Positions 38,481 to 49,197 are shown, numbered from the stretch's first letter. The stretch: 64,000 bases of DNA from Candidatus Latescibacterota bacterium (GCA_965207885.1 OZ242311.1:2144001-2208000); one strand, 5' to 3'. The notes: generated from the letters alone by a model not told the origin. A program made the numbers and translations.

Positions 38481-40844
38481 CTATGATTCCAAATCGTGGT
38501 GCAGTTTTAGTTTGGTGATAAATTCTGGTGTGAGTGTGGTTCCCGAGTTTTTGAGATGGTCTATGACATCATTCCCAAGTGCTGTATTGAGATGGTAGTG
38601 TTGTACAGATTCGTTGATTTTGATGAAGCCCAGGCGGTCTATCAGGTCCGGGTTCATTGTGCCGTTGACGATGGGCGCGTGAAGGGTGCAGTTGGTGAAG
38701 CGCGTGCCCAGTGTGCTTTGTAAAATGTAAAATTGCTCTGGTACTTTTTTGACGTCGGGCTGGAGATGGCACTCGGTAAATACGAGTTCGCCCCGTAAAT
38801 TGGGTGCGGTTATGGTGTTCAGGCTGCACCGTTCAAAAGTCGCACTGGCAATGCAGTTGCCCAGGTACGCACTGATATTTTCACAGTCGGTAAATCGCAT
38901 TTTGGGATAGAGGGCGAGTGCATCGGCATAGTCGGTCGCTGATTCTCCACCGATCAGGATATGTACCTGTTCGTCATCGTCGGCAATTTCCTGAGTGAAT
39001 TTTTCGAGTTGTATATTGTCGCAGATGAGGGTGCTGTTGGCGTGGAGTTGCGTGCCATCGTAGCCGCCATTGCGGCGCAGGTCGTAGTAGTGTGGATTGG
39101 GTATGCGGATGAGGCGAACGCCTTGCTTTCTACCTTCGATGGTGATGTTGCGAAATTCAATGCGATGGGGAAAGAAGAGGCGGGCATTGTTTTTGGTTTT
39201 GGAAAAGGGGACAGTGTCCATTAGCCAGCACGGTGCAGTTGATGCAGGTGCAGCACTGTAATCGATGAGCAGGTCTTCGATTGTGACCGTGCGTGCAAAT
39301 CCTATGGGATACTGGTAGTCGAAATCGGCCGGACGACAGGATAGGACAGAAACGCGGCCATTGCTACTGGGTATTAACCGACAGCCGCGGATGCGTATGT
39401 GCCCGTCCCATTTGGCCCCATAGTCGCGTCGGAAATTGACAAATTGGTTGCCGTGGCGCGTGGTGTTTTCGATTACCAATTCACCGCCACCTGTAAGGGC
39501 GATGCCTTTGAAGCCAATGGTGCAGTTGCTAATGTAGAGGTTCCAGCAGTGGAAATGCACGTCGATGCGGTTGAGGCGGCAGTTTTCAACGCGGAAGTTT
39601 TTGTTGAGGTTGGTGCCAAAAACACCCCAGGCTACCCAGCCGCCTTCTGCTGTGATGTTGCGAAAGGTGCAATTGAGCATCCGCGCACCGCCAATACCAT
39701 AGGTGCCCGCGCCGAGCACTCTGTCTTTTTCTTCGCGATTTTTCTCCCAGGGCATTGCGCGGATATTTTCCAGTGTGACATCGTAAACACCGCTGAATAC
39801 GTAAAAGCCGCGACGGGGGTGCATGGATATATCGCGTTTCCCCTTTTCCAGGCCCATCCATTGTTCGCGAATGATGGTGCGGCTGCGCCTGATGGAGATA
39901 CCGTGATGGTGATATCTCCAGGAACTACCGCTTCCACTGTCGCCAGAAAAGTAAAATCCTCCGCCTTCGACGATGAGGTAATTGTCGTTGCAGGGTATGG
40001 CGGTGATGTCAGTGAAGTTTTTGAATTCCCAGGCTATATCGCCAATGATGCGGCCCTCTTCTTCAACATAGAATAGTTCTTCGCGCCCCCATCCCGCCTT
40101 TGAATAATTGCCTGCCCGAATGCCAATGCGGTCATCGTCATCTTCAGCGATGATAAGATGTCCCGCATATTGCGCCAGTTCGGGAATGAGTTGTACGCCG
40201 GGTTTTAGCTTTTCCAATAAAGCGGCTTTGATGGTTTTGTCTCGCATGAGTTTTTTTGACGGGTGATCGTTGAGAATTTCAAAGCGCGGCTCCCTTCGGC
40301 TGTTGTACTGTTCATTGATGTGAAAAATTGTTTGACCCCAGGAGACGTTGGTTTTGATGGGTATGTCATTGGTTTGCAAGATCCAATATTCGCCGCTTAA
40401 ATTCACAATTGGGACTTTGTGTGCGTTGGCGTATTTATGCGCCAGGGTTATTCGTACGCCATCGTCGTTTTTACCGTCGCCAATCGCGCCAAACATTTTG
40501 TAGTTCACTGCTTCGTTTTCGTGTAAGGTAGCGACGAATCCATTGTCCAATGCGATGATGTCGGCATCATTTGGCTGGATATTTGCATCTGTTTTTTCGA
40601 TGTGGTACAGGGCTGCGCCTCCGTCGCCGGGAGTGTAAAAACCCACAGTTTCTACCCAGTCGCCTTCGCGGGTTTCGGACGAGGATTTCATAGCTTGAAC
40701 GGTGGCGTAGCGCGTTATGGTTGCACTGTTAGTTGTGTTCACGTCGGTCTCCTGAGACAATGCGCGCTGTGTGAGGGCAATACCACTGATGCCAATGCCA
40801 GCGAGTGCTTTGCGTCTGGATAATTTATGTGGTTGTTTGGACAT
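38481..40844 (-). CDS. Tat-exported protein, probable right-handed beta-helix (pectate-lyase/tailspike-like)
   Basis: SRRKAL twin-arginine signal; GFYTPGDGGAALY; NYKMFGAIGDGKNDD; repeated IENC/FRNI-type turns. Confidence 0.6.
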   Translation of the reverse strand: MSKQPHKLSRRKALAGIGISGIALTQRALSQETDVNTTNSATITRYATVQAMKSSSETREGDWVETVGFYTPGDGGAALYHIEKTDANIQPNDADIIALDNGFVATLHENEAVNYKMFGAIGDGKNDDGVRITLAHKYANAHKVPIVNLSGEYWILQTNDIPIKTNVSWGQTIFHINEQYNSRREPRFEILNDHPSKKLMRDKTIKAALLEKLKPGVQLIPELAQYAGHLIIAEDDDDRIGIRAGNYSKAGWGREELFYVEEEGRIIGDIAWEFKNFTDITAIPCNDNYLIVEGGGFYFSGDSGSGSSWRYHHHGISIRRSRTIIREQWMGLEKGKRDISMHPRRGFYVFSGVYDVTLENIRAMPWEKNREEKDRVLGAGTYGIGGARMLNCTFRNITAEGGWVAWGVFGTNLNKNFRVENCRLNRIDVHFHCWNLYISNCTIGFKGIALTGGGELVIENTTRHGNQFVNFRRDYGAKWDGHIRIRGCRLIPSSNGRVSVLSCRPADFDYQYPIGFARTVTIEDLLIDYSAAPASTAPCWLMDTVPFSKTKNNARLFFPHRIEFRNITIEGRKQGVRLIRIPNPHYYDLRRNGGYDGTQLHANSTLICDNIQLEKFTQEIADDDEQVHILIGGESATDYADALALYPKMRFTDCENISAYLGNCIASATFERCSLNTITAPNLRGELVFTECHLQPDVKKVPEQFYILQSTLGTRFTNCTLHAPIVNGTMNPDLIDRLGFIKINESVQHYHLNTALGNDVIDHLKNSGTTLTPEFITKLKLHHDLES

Positions 40845-40867
40845 GGCTTTTTTTGAATGTCAAATTT

Positions 40868-41914
40868 TTACTGTACTTTTCCGCGTCCGGCAACTTCCCA
40901 TATATGTTCTACATTGCCATTTCGCACGGCATAGACTTTATCGTGTAGATTGGTGGTCATACCCTGATGCAGGGGAATGACAGAGAGGCGGTCGCCTACG
41001 GTGAAGGTGTGGTTGCATTCTGAGATATCGACGTGACCGTGTTCGACAGACATGCCGTAGATTTTGGCATTGGGGTGTTCAACGATGTGTCCATAAGGGG
41101 TGGGGGCATAACTGGTGAATGTTTTTTGCCCGCCATCGATGATGACGCGGTCGGGTGTAGGTGTGCTGACGATGGTGACTATCATGCGCTCGGCACAGGT
41201 GATGGGGTTGGGCGGGTTGTTTTCGCGGTTGATGCGGCGGAGACCTTCAAAGACGTAGGATCCAATGCGGGTTTCAGTGCAGCCAATGGCTTTGGAGACT
41301 TCGGCAGAGCCCGTGCCTCCTCCGCTGATGGTGTTGACCGCGATGCCCGCGCTTTGAAGCAGGTCGCGCGTTTGGTCAATGAAGGCTTTGGCGCGTTCGT
41401 GACTGGGATAGGTCATGATGCCCTGGAACTGAAGGCCGGGCATGTTTGTAACTTTTTGCGCGAGTTCAAGCGCGGCTTTGGGCGATTGTACACCGCAGCG
41501 ATTGCCACCGGTGTCGCATTCGATTAGGATGTTGATGGTAACATCGTTTTTTGTTGCACCATCGGATAGACCGCGCGCGGTGATTTCCGAATCGACGGCG
41601 ACGGTCATGGTGGCGCGTTTGCACAGTTCGGCGAGGCGTTTGACTTTGATGGGGCCGACGATATTATAGGGGATGAGGATGTTGGGAATGCCCGCTTTGA
41701 CCATGGCTTCGGCCTCGCCCACTTTTTGACAGACAATGCCAATGGCTCCCGCAGCGAGTTGCATTCTGGCGATTTCGGGGATTTTGTGCGTTTTGGTGTG
41801 TACGCGCAGGGGAATGTCGAATTTGTCGCATGCCTCTTGGGTTTCCCAAATATTTTTTTCGAGGATATCGAGGTCGATGGTGAGCGCGGGTGTGTCGAGG
41901 TCGTGTATGGTCAT
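40868..41914 (-). CDS. D-threonine aldolase / D-serine dehydratase-like PLP enzyme (alanine racemase fold)
   Basis: LDTPAL.ID, LRVHTKTHK, KVGEAE, RCGV, SGGGT, DGG.K, SVEHG. Confidence 0.88.
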   Translation of the reverse strand: MTIHDLDTPALTIDLDILEKNIWETQEACDKFDIPLRVHTKTHKIPEIARMQLAAGAIGIVCQKVGEAEAMVKAGIPNILIPYNIVGPIKVKRLAELCKRATMTVAVDSEITARGLSDGATKNDVTINILIECDTGGNRCGVQSPKAALELAQKVTNMPGLQFQGIMTYPSHERAKAFIDQTRDLLQSAGIAVNTISGGGTGSAEVSKAIGCTETRIGSYVFEGLRRINRENNPPNPITCAERMIVTIVSTPTPDRVIIDGGQKTFTSYAPTPYGHIVEHPNAKIYGMSVEHGHVDISECNHTFTVGDRLSVIPLHQGMTTNLHDKVYAVRNGNVEHIWEVAGRGKVQ

Positions 41915-42128
41915 GGCAATATCTGTTATTAAAAGGTGGAGATGGTGCTGTGCAGGAATAGGTAATGTACGTTGGTAGGGGGAGGGCGTCAAGCGGTTGT
42001 AAATAGGTTAATCTCATCGATAGGAAAGACGGTCTGCATTGACAATGTGCAGGTTGTTTTGTTATTTGAGAGGCGAAGGCTGGGGAGGGTAGGCTGACCG
42101 CTGATAGCTATTTAACTGAGGAGGCAAA

Positions 42129-43208
42129 ATGGCAGATAAATTGAAGGTGGGTATTGTCGGGGTGGGAGGTATTGCGAGGACGCATATTCCGGGGTGGCAG
42201 GCTTCAGAACACGCCGAATTGGTGGCTGGAAGCGATATTAGCGAAGATGTATTGAATACGTGGGGCGAGCAATACGGGGTGAAAAAGCTGTATGTGAATC
42301 CTGAAGATTTATTTGCAGATCCAGAGATCGATATTGTAGATGTTTGTACACCAAATAATTATCACGCGCCTTTATCCATCGGTGCGCTGGATGCGGGCAA
42401 ACACGTGATTTGTGAAAAACCACTGGCACCAAGTCCCCAGTTGGTGAAAGATATGATTGCAGCGCGAGACCGGTCGGGTAAGTTGTTGATGTGCGCGCAA
42501 TCGTCGCGGTTTGCAGGCGCGTCTTTGGCGATGAAGAAAGAATTGGATACGGGGGTTTTGGGAAATGTGTATCACGCGCGATGCTGGATGTTGCGGCGGT
42601 CAGGGGTGCCCGCGCGACCGGGTTTTATTATGAAAAAGCACAGCGGTGGCGGGCCGTGTATCGATATTGGTGTTCACGTTTTGGATTTGACTTTGTGGTT
42701 GATGGGCAATCCCAATCCCGTAGCTGTAACAGGTGTGGCAAAGGCGGAATTGGCACATCAGGAAGGCGCGTTCAGTACGATGGGGCGCAGCGGTGGTGCG
42801 ATTCCCGAAGAATTTGATGTGGAGGATTTTGCAGCGGCTTTTGTGCGGTTTGAAAATGGGGCTTCGCTTATTCTGGAGACGAGCTGGATGTTGCATCAAG
42901 GTCCCCCGTCAGAACGGCAGATATGGCTTTACGGCACGAAGGGTGGGGCGCATTTGCCGAGTTGTGAGATTTATTATTCGGATTCCGGGACGCAGCAACA
43001 TCACAAATACGCATTGCAAGATACGGGCGATATCGCCAAAGCACACGCGCTGGAATGCATGACGTTTGCCAGGGCGATTGCAGAGGGCAATCCATCGCCA
43101 GTACCGGCTGAGCAGTCGCTGCAGGTGATGGCAATTTTGGATGGGATTTATCGCAGTGAGGAGGAAGGGCGTGAAGTGGATATAGCGCGAGATGCAACCG
43201 TTGATTAA
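42129..43208 (+). CDS. Gfo/Idh/MocA family oxidoreductase
   Basis: GIVGVGGIA, CTPN..H, GKHVICEKP, GGG..DIGVH. Confidence 0.92.
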   Translation: MADKLKVGIVGVGGIARTHIPGWQASEHAELVAGSDISEDVLNTWGEQYGVKKLYVNPEDLFADPEIDIVDVCTPNNYHAPLSIGALDAGKHVICEKPLAPSPQLVKDMIAARDRSGKLLMCAQSSRFAGASLAMKKELDTGVLGNVYHARCWMLRRSGVPARPGFIMKKHSGGGPCIDIGVHVLDLTLWLMGNPNPVAVTGVAKAELAHQEGAFSTMGRSGGAIPEEFDVEDFAAAFVRFENGASLILETSWMLHQGPPSERQIWLYGTKGGAHLPSCEIYYSDSGTQQHHKYALQDTGDIAKAHALECMTFARAIAEGNPSPVPAEQSLQVMAILDGIYRSEEEGREVDIARDATVD

Positions 43209-44524
43209 AAAACTTTGTCGTCTTTGTTTTTCTTTTCGAGGGTATTGTCCCATCGGCGTTCGGGAGATTGAGGCGCGCGATCGATGAGTTTGTTGGGTCT
43301 GCCCATCTGTTTGATCAGATCAAAAGCATCATAGAGTTCGCCTACAGCGGTCATTGCTCGGTAGTGCAGCGTGTCGCCCGAGATAGTAATGACCTGATAA
43401 AGCTGTGTGTTTTCCCCACCGCGCGTCATCCAGCGATCTTTTCTGAGTTTGAGTTGTTTGGGACCGCTCACCGATACGACATAAACTGTACCTTTGGTTG
43501 TGTCGCGCACGGTTACGCCGTTGCCGATGTTGTGTCCCCTGGCATACGTGTGATTGTGACCTTGAAGCACCATATCGACAGCGTATTTGTCAAAGATGGG
43601 TTTCCACGCTTCGCGCTGGTCTTTATTGGCGAGACCTCCAGATGCCGCATAGACCGGATGATGGAATGTGACAAAGGTCCATTTATTGGGGTTGTTTTTG
43701 AGCACTTGTTCCAACCAGGGAGCCTGTTCTTTGTGGCGTTCATTGGAATTGAGCGAGATGATGCGTGCGCCCTGATAGTCCGTGTAATAGGTGGTTTCCG
43801 CAAAGCCTTCGGGACCATTTTCGGGCAGGGTGAATTGCGGACGCCATAGAACAGATAGGCGACGTTTGCTCACATCTTGATAGTTAGAGTATTCGTTATT
43901 TCCCGGCGTAGGAATGCTGGGGATTTTTGCATGGATCCAGTTACCAGATTCAAACCATTCATGCCAGTCGCTATCTTTGTTGGGATAATCGACGAGGTCG
44001 CCTGCGTGGATGATAAAGTCGGCGTGGGGCGCGTCGAGGACAGCGGTTCGGATGGCACGTGCCCACAGAGCGAGCAGGTTGTTTTGTGCATCGCCAAGGT
44101 AGATGAAGGTGAATTCATCCGGTTCGGCAGAGGCCGTGCGAAATTGATACCAGGAACTCCAGATTTTATCGCTGCCCACGCGATAGGCATAGAGGGTGTT
44201 GGGTTTGAGACCCTTGAATGTGACCGAATGGAAATGGGCGGCAAGTCTATTGCGTTTCCACTTTTCTGTGCGCGCTGTCTCGTTTCTGGCCCATGTAGTA
44301 AAATTGGCCGAGGCATTGGCTTCTGCGATTTGTCCTTCTGCCTGTGAGATGCTCGTGTCGGTGCGCCAGGTGACGGATGCTGTGGTGGTGGGATCTCCCG
44401 ACCAGGTGAGTACTATGCGGTCGGGGATTTTCTTAGGCGCGCGATCTACGGCAGCACGGTGATATTCGTTTGCATAAGCAGGGATTGTGAACTGGAGCAG
44501 CAAGGTGAGACAGATTAGACGCAT
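43205..44524 (-). CDS. Purple acid phosphatase-like metallophosphoesterase with FN3 domain (variant paralog)
   Basis: GDAQ, AGDLV, GNNE (non-canonical), HHP, GHNH. Confidence 0.88.
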   Translation of the reverse strand: MRLICLTLLLQFTIPAYANEYHRAAVDRAPKKIPDRIVLTWSGDPTTTASVTWRTDTSISQAEGQIAEANASANFTTWARNETARTEKWKRNRLAAHFHSVTFKGLKPNTLYAYRVGSDKIWSSWYQFRTASAEPDEFTFIYLGDAQNNLLALWARAIRTAVLDAPHADFIIHAGDLVDYPNKDSDWHEWFESGNWIHAKIPSIPTPGNNEYSNYQDVSKRRLSVLWRPQFTLPENGPEGFAETTYYTDYQGARIISLNSNERHKEQAPWLEQVLKNNPNKWTFVTFHHPVYAASGGLANKDQREAWKPIFDKYAVDMVLQGHNHTYARGHNIGNGVTVRDTTKGTVYVVSVSGPKQLKLRKDRWMTRGGENTQLYQVITISGDTLHYRAMTAVGELYDAFDLIKQMGRPNKLIDRAPQSPERRWDNTLEKKNKDDKVF

Positions 44525-44552
44525 AGGGTTCTCTAAGTGATTTAAAATACCA

Positions 44553-45866
44553 CTAATAAACTTTGTCGTCTTTGTCTTTCTTTTCAAGGGTATTTTCCCA
44601 ACGGCGTTCGGGAGATTGAGGCGCGCGATCGATGAGTTTGTTGGGTTTGCCCATCTGTTTGACCAGATCAAAAGCGTCGTAGAGTTCACCCACTGCGGTC
44701 ATTGCGCGGTAGCTCAGGGTGTCACCCGAGACAGTGATGACCTGGTAAAGCTGTGTGTTTTCCGCACCGCGCGTCATCCAGCGGTCTTTTCTGAGTTTGT
44801 ATTGTTTGGGTCCGCTGACCGATACGACGTACACAGTGCCTTTTGTTGAGTCGCGCACGGTTGCGCCGCTGCCGATGTTATTTCCTCTGGCATACGAGTG
44901 GTCGTGACCCTGGAGCACCATATCGACGGCGTATTTGTCAAAGATGGGTTTCCACGCTTCGCGCAGGTCTTTATTGTCGCGACCTTCAGACGCCGAATAG
45001 ACGGGATGATGGAATGTGACAAAGGTCCATTTATTCGGGTTATCTTTGAGTACTTGTTCCAACCAGGATGCCTGTTCTTCACGACCTTCATTGGAATTGA
45101 GGGAGATGATGCGCGCACCCTGATAGTCTGTGTAATAGGTCGTTTCCGTAAAGCCCTCTGGCCCATTTTCTGGCAGGGTGAAATGCGGACGCCATAGAAC
45201 AGATAGATGGCGTTTGTCTCCATTTTTATAGTATTCGTGATTCCCCGGCGTAGAAATGCTGGGGATTTTTGCATGGATCCAGTCGCCAGATTCAAACCAT
45301 TCCTCCCATTCGCTGTCCCTGTTGGCGCGATTGACGAGGTCGCCTGCGTGGAGAATAAAATCTGCATGGGGCGCGTCGAGTACGGCGGTCCGGATGGTGC
45401 GCGCCCACAGAGCGAGCAGGTTGTTTTGTGCATCGCCAAAATAGATGAAGGTGAATTCATCAGGTTCGGCTGAGGCCGTGCGAAATTGATACCAGGAGCT
45501 CCAAATATCGCCACTGCCCACGCGATAGGCATAGAGGGTATTGGGTTTGAGACCCTTGAATGTGACCGAATGGAAATGTGCAGTATTTCCATTGTGTTCC
45601 CATTTTTCAGTGCGCGCGTTTTTGCTCCAGGACCATGTGGTAAAATTGGCCGAGGCATTGGCTTTTGCGATCTGGCCTTCGGCTTGTGTGATGCTCGTGT
45701 CGGTGCGCCATGTGACCGATGCTGTGGTGGTGGGGTCTTCCGACCAGTTGAGTACTATGCGGTCGGGAATTTGCGAGGGAAGAGAATCTACGGCAGCACG
45801 GTAATGCTCGTTCGCATAAGCCGGGGCTGTGAATAGGAACAGAAGGATGAGGCAAATCGGGCGCAT
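44553..45866 (-). CDS. Purple acid phosphatase-like metallophosphoesterase with FN3 domain
   Basis: GDAQ, AGDLV, GNHE, HHP, GHDH; signal peptide. Confidence 0.9.
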   Translation of the reverse strand: MRPICLILLFLFTAPAYANEHYRAAVDSLPSQIPDRIVLNWSEDPTTTASVTWRTDTSITQAEGQIAKANASANFTTWSWSKNARTEKWEHNGNTAHFHSVTFKGLKPNTLYAYRVGSGDIWSSWYQFRTASAEPDEFTFIYFGDAQNNLLALWARTIRTAVLDAPHADFILHAGDLVNRANRDSEWEEWFESGDWIHAKIPSISTPGNHEYYKNGDKRHLSVLWRPHFTLPENGPEGFTETTYYTDYQGARIISLNSNEGREEQASWLEQVLKDNPNKWTFVTFHHPVYSASEGRDNKDLREAWKPIFDKYAVDMVLQGHDHSYARGNNIGSGATVRDSTKGTVYVVSVSGPKQYKLRKDRWMTRGAENTQLYQVITVSGDTLSYRAMTAVGELYDAFDLVKQMGKPNKLIDRAPQSPERRWENTLEKKDKDDKVY

Positions 45867-45957
45867 GGTGGTCTCCTGGTGAGGATGTGGGATTGACGTT
45901 TCTCTTACAAAGATATACAATGCGTTCCAAATTAAAAAGGCGAAACGCAACTTTTAT

Positions 45958-46707
45958 TCAATCAATTTCAAGAGAGATTTCGTTGTTGAGTTGTTCGCGT
46001 TCAGAGCGAGAATCGGTTGTGGCATAGTGGAGGATGAGCGCTTTACGCCATGTGTTTGTGTGATTTGTTTCGCTGTGGTGCAGGGTGCAGCCGTGGTGAA
46101 ATATGACAGATCCTGCTGGCACGGGACAGGCGACGGATTCGGGAAGGTCGATATTTTTTGTATCGGGTATGTGATGCACGGGGCGGTCCGGGTCATGGGT
46201 GATGTCAAAGATGCCGTGTCTGTGTGAACTGGGCACATAACGCATACAGCCATTGGTATCTGTGGCCTCGTCTAAGGCGATCCAGGCGGTGATGAGACCG
46301 TTGATGGGTTGTACGCGAAAATAGCTCTGGTCCTGATGCGCTGGTTTGGCCTGGCCACCCGGTGGTTTGAGCAGCATCTGATCGCGAAAAACGCGAATGC
46401 GCGGTCCGATTAAGCCGCGCACGAGTGCGAGTAATTTGGAGTGTCTGGCGATAGGACGATAGGCGGGGTCAAAGCGCACGACAAATGCGAGAACGCGCAC
46501 ACTGTGATTTTGCGCTTCTGGATTTGATTTGTCTGTTATGGTATTGCCTTCAAGGCCAATTGAGATGCCTTCGGGTGCTCGATCCGGGTTGGCTACAATC
46601 TCGTCGGTGCGATGAATAACGTCGGCGAGTTCTTCTTTTTGAAAGAGGTTTTTTACGACGAGATAGCCGTGGGTGTCGTAAAATATTTTCATACTGGGTT
46701 CAAACAC
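45958..46707 (-). CDS. Phytanoyl-CoA dioxygenase (PhyH) family protein
   Basis: KPP, HQD, WIALD.A...NGC...P.SH, H...LH.S..N...R; GTG start after AAGGAG. Confidence 0.9.
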   Translation of the reverse strand: MFEPSMKIFYDTHGYLVVKNLFQKEELADVIHRTDEIVANPDRAPEGISIGLEGNTITDKSNPEAQNHSVRVLAFVVRFDPAYRPIARHSKLLALVRGLIGPRIRVFRDQMLLKPPGGQAKPAHQDQSYFRVQPINGLITAWIALDEATDTNGCMRYVPSSHRHGIFDITHDPDRPVHHIPDTKNIDLPESVACPVPAGSVIFHHGCTLHHSETNHTNTWRKALILHYATTDSRSEREQLNNEISLEID

Positions 46708-46791
46708 GGTGTTCTCCTTTGACGCGAAAAATACAGGTTTAAACACAGGATGTCAAGCGTGTGAATTGATGGCAGACTATCACCTCTGCTA

Positions 46792-49197
46792 TTACTCATA
46801 CCGCAAGGCTTCCACTGGATTTGCCCGCGCAGCTTTGATGGCTTGATAGCTGACGGTCAGAAGTGCGATGAACAGGGCGATGAGGCCGCTCAGGATAAAT
46901 GTGCCGATGCTTAGATTGATGCGGTAAGCGAAGCTCTGTAGCCACTGGTTCATCGCGTAGTATGCAATTGGCCAGGCTATGAGATTGGCGATGAGGACGA
47001 GTTTGAGAAAGTCTTTGGAGAGTAAGCATACAATGCCTGAGACAGAGGCTCCGAGGATTTTGCGAATGCCGATTTCCTTAGTGCGTTGTTGAGTGGTAAA
47101 CGCAGCCAGACCAAAGAGGCCGAGGCAGGCGATGAGGATGGCGAGGCCAGAAAAGATTTGGAAGACGTGAGACATTTGTTGCTCCCGGTTGTAGAGCCTG
47201 GCGTAATCCTGGTCTAAAAATGTGTAGCTAAACGGCTGGTTTGGGGCGAGTTTTTTCCAGGTTTCTTCAACCGCAGAAATAGCTTCTGCGACATTGCCGG
47301 GATGGAGACGAATGGCAAGGTACATTGGCATTCGGCGCAGGTAGGGCAATACGAGCGGTTTGATTTCCTGTTTGAGCGAGCCGATGTGGAAATCCGATAC
47401 CACACCGATGATTGTTCCTTCGAATTTGCCGAAGTTGTTTGTTTTGAGTTTTTTCCCGAGTGCGGTTTGCCACCCCAGTGCTTTGACGGCGGATTGATTG
47501 ACGAGAAATGCAGAGACATCTGTTGCATGTTCTGCGGGGGAAAAGTTTCGGCCTTCTACAATTTCTATATTCAGTGCCTTGACGTATTTTTCATCTACCA
47601 ATGTGTATGTGAGAGATGTTTCTTCGTAATTTGCCGGTTGTTCGGGCATGAAGCGCACGGAATCAAAAGCTCGTCCTGGTACGCCCGTATTGAATGAGGC
47701 GGTAGCGACCTGTGGCAGTGTTTCAAATTGGTTTCTGAATGTCATGACGAATGTCATGGCTTGTCTGGGAGAGGTCAGATTACGCGGTATGGGTATCCCC
47801 TGGAGAACAAGGACGTGTTCTTTGTCGAATCCGAGGTGTTTATTTTGCGCGAAATGAAGCTGGTTGCGAACGACGAGGGTGCCGACCAATAGACTGATGG
47901 AAATGCAAAACTGTGCGATGACCAGCCCATTGCGAAGATAGGCTTTGCCCGATGGTATATATCCTCTGAGTGCCGTAACAGGCCAAAATGAGGAGAGGTA
48001 AAGTGCCGGATACATGCCGGCTGAGAAGCCGACTGCGATGATGAGGGCAAATAATCCAATGAGCACAGGGGGCGCGATCAGGCTGCCCATTGTGAGGTGT
48101 TTGTTGGCAAGACCGTTGAGGAGTGGTAGTCCCAGCTCGCACAATCCAATTGCCAGAATACTTGAGAAGGCGACGCAGATGGTGGATTCGGAGAAGAATT
48201 GGCGAATGAGTTGCGAGCGGTGGGAGCCGAGGACTTTTCGAACGCCGACTTCGCGGGCGCGGGTTGATGAACGCGCTGTGGAGAGGTTGATGAAGTTAAT
48301 GCAGGCGAGTAGCAGGACAAAAATTGCGATTAGTGAAAAGATATAGACATACATGATGTTGCTATTTGCTGTGATTTCATATCTGAGGTTCGAATATAGA
48401 TGGATGTCTGTGAGGGGTTGAATAAGGTAATTGGTGTAGTCGCCTGGCTGAGAAGATCTTTCGCTCAAGATGTGTTCGCGAACATAAGTGGTAAATTTGG
48501 TTTGCAATTCAGAGGCAGATGCCCCGGTTTTTAACATGAGGTACGTATAAACAGTGGCCGATCCCCAGTCCGATTTTCTGCGCTCGATAATGGGGAGGGT
48601 TTTGAGGGGTGCGAGAAAATCGAAGTGAAAGTGGGACTGGGGTGGGAATGCTTTGACCACGCCCGTGACTTGATGCGATTTGCCATCGTTGAGTTCAAGG
48701 GTTTGCCCCATTGGGTCGCGATTGGGAAAGTAACGCTGCGCGCTTTGTTCTGTGAGGATGACGGCGTTGGGTGCGTTGAGTGCTGTTGCGGGATCTCCCG
48801 CGATGAAGGGAACGGTAAAGACATCGAAAAAGCTGCTTTCTGCGTAGTAGAAATTTTTCTCGGTGACATAATTCGATTCTCGGCGGATGGTTTGGCTTCC
48901 GCGTCTTAATCGCGTACTGTGGATGACCTCTGGAAATTGTTCTTTCAGCGTTTCAGATATGGGTACCGATACAACGGGAATGGTCCATTCGTTGTTGCCG
49001 TATCGGGCGTTCCACAAAACGCGATGGATTTGATCGGCATTTTTGTGAAATCTATCGTAGCTCAGTTCGTCCTGTACAAATAGCATGATCAACATGCAGC
49101 ACGCAATACCCACGGCGAGTCCAGAGATGTTGACAAAAGAATAGACTTTGTGACGCAAGAGCGTGCGGATGGCGACGGTGATGTGATTTTTGAACAT
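46792..49197 (-). CDS. MacB/FtsX-like ABC transporter permease (orphan)
   Basis: Same motif set as 11701-14169; start ATG 49197. Confidence 0.92.
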   Translation of the reverse strand: MFKNHITVAIRTLLRHKVYSFVNISGLAVGIACCMLIMLFVQDELSYDRFHKNADQIHRVLWNARYGNNEWTIPVVSVPISETLKEQFPEVIHSTRLRRGSQTIRRESNYVTEKNFYYAESSFFDVFTVPFIAGDPATALNAPNAVILTEQSAQRYFPNRDPMGQTLELNDGKSHQVTGVVKAFPPQSHFHFDFLAPLKTLPIIERRKSDWGSATVYTYLMLKTGASASELQTKFTTYVREHILSERSSQPGDYTNYLIQPLTDIHLYSNLRYEITANSNIMYVYIFSLIAIFVLLLACINFINLSTARSSTRAREVGVRKVLGSHRSQLIRQFFSESTICVAFSSILAIGLCELGLPLLNGLANKHLTMGSLIAPPVLIGLFALIIAVGFSAGMYPALYLSSFWPVTALRGYIPSGKAYLRNGLVIAQFCISISLLVGTLVVRNQLHFAQNKHLGFDKEHVLVLQGIPIPRNLTSPRQAMTFVMTFRNQFETLPQVATASFNTGVPGRAFDSVRFMPEQPANYEETSLTYTLVDEKYVKALNIEIVEGRNFSPAEHATDVSAFLVNQSAVKALGWQTALGKKLKTNNFGKFEGTIIGVVSDFHIGSLKQEIKPLVLPYLRRMPMYLAIRLHPGNVAEAISAVEETWKKLAPNQPFSYTFLDQDYARLYNREQQMSHVFQIFSGLAILIACLGLFGLAAFTTQQRTKEIGIRKILGASVSGIVCLLSKDFLKLVLIANLIAWPIAYYAMNQWLQSFAYRINLSIGTFILSGLIALFIALLTVSYQAIKAARANPVEALRYE

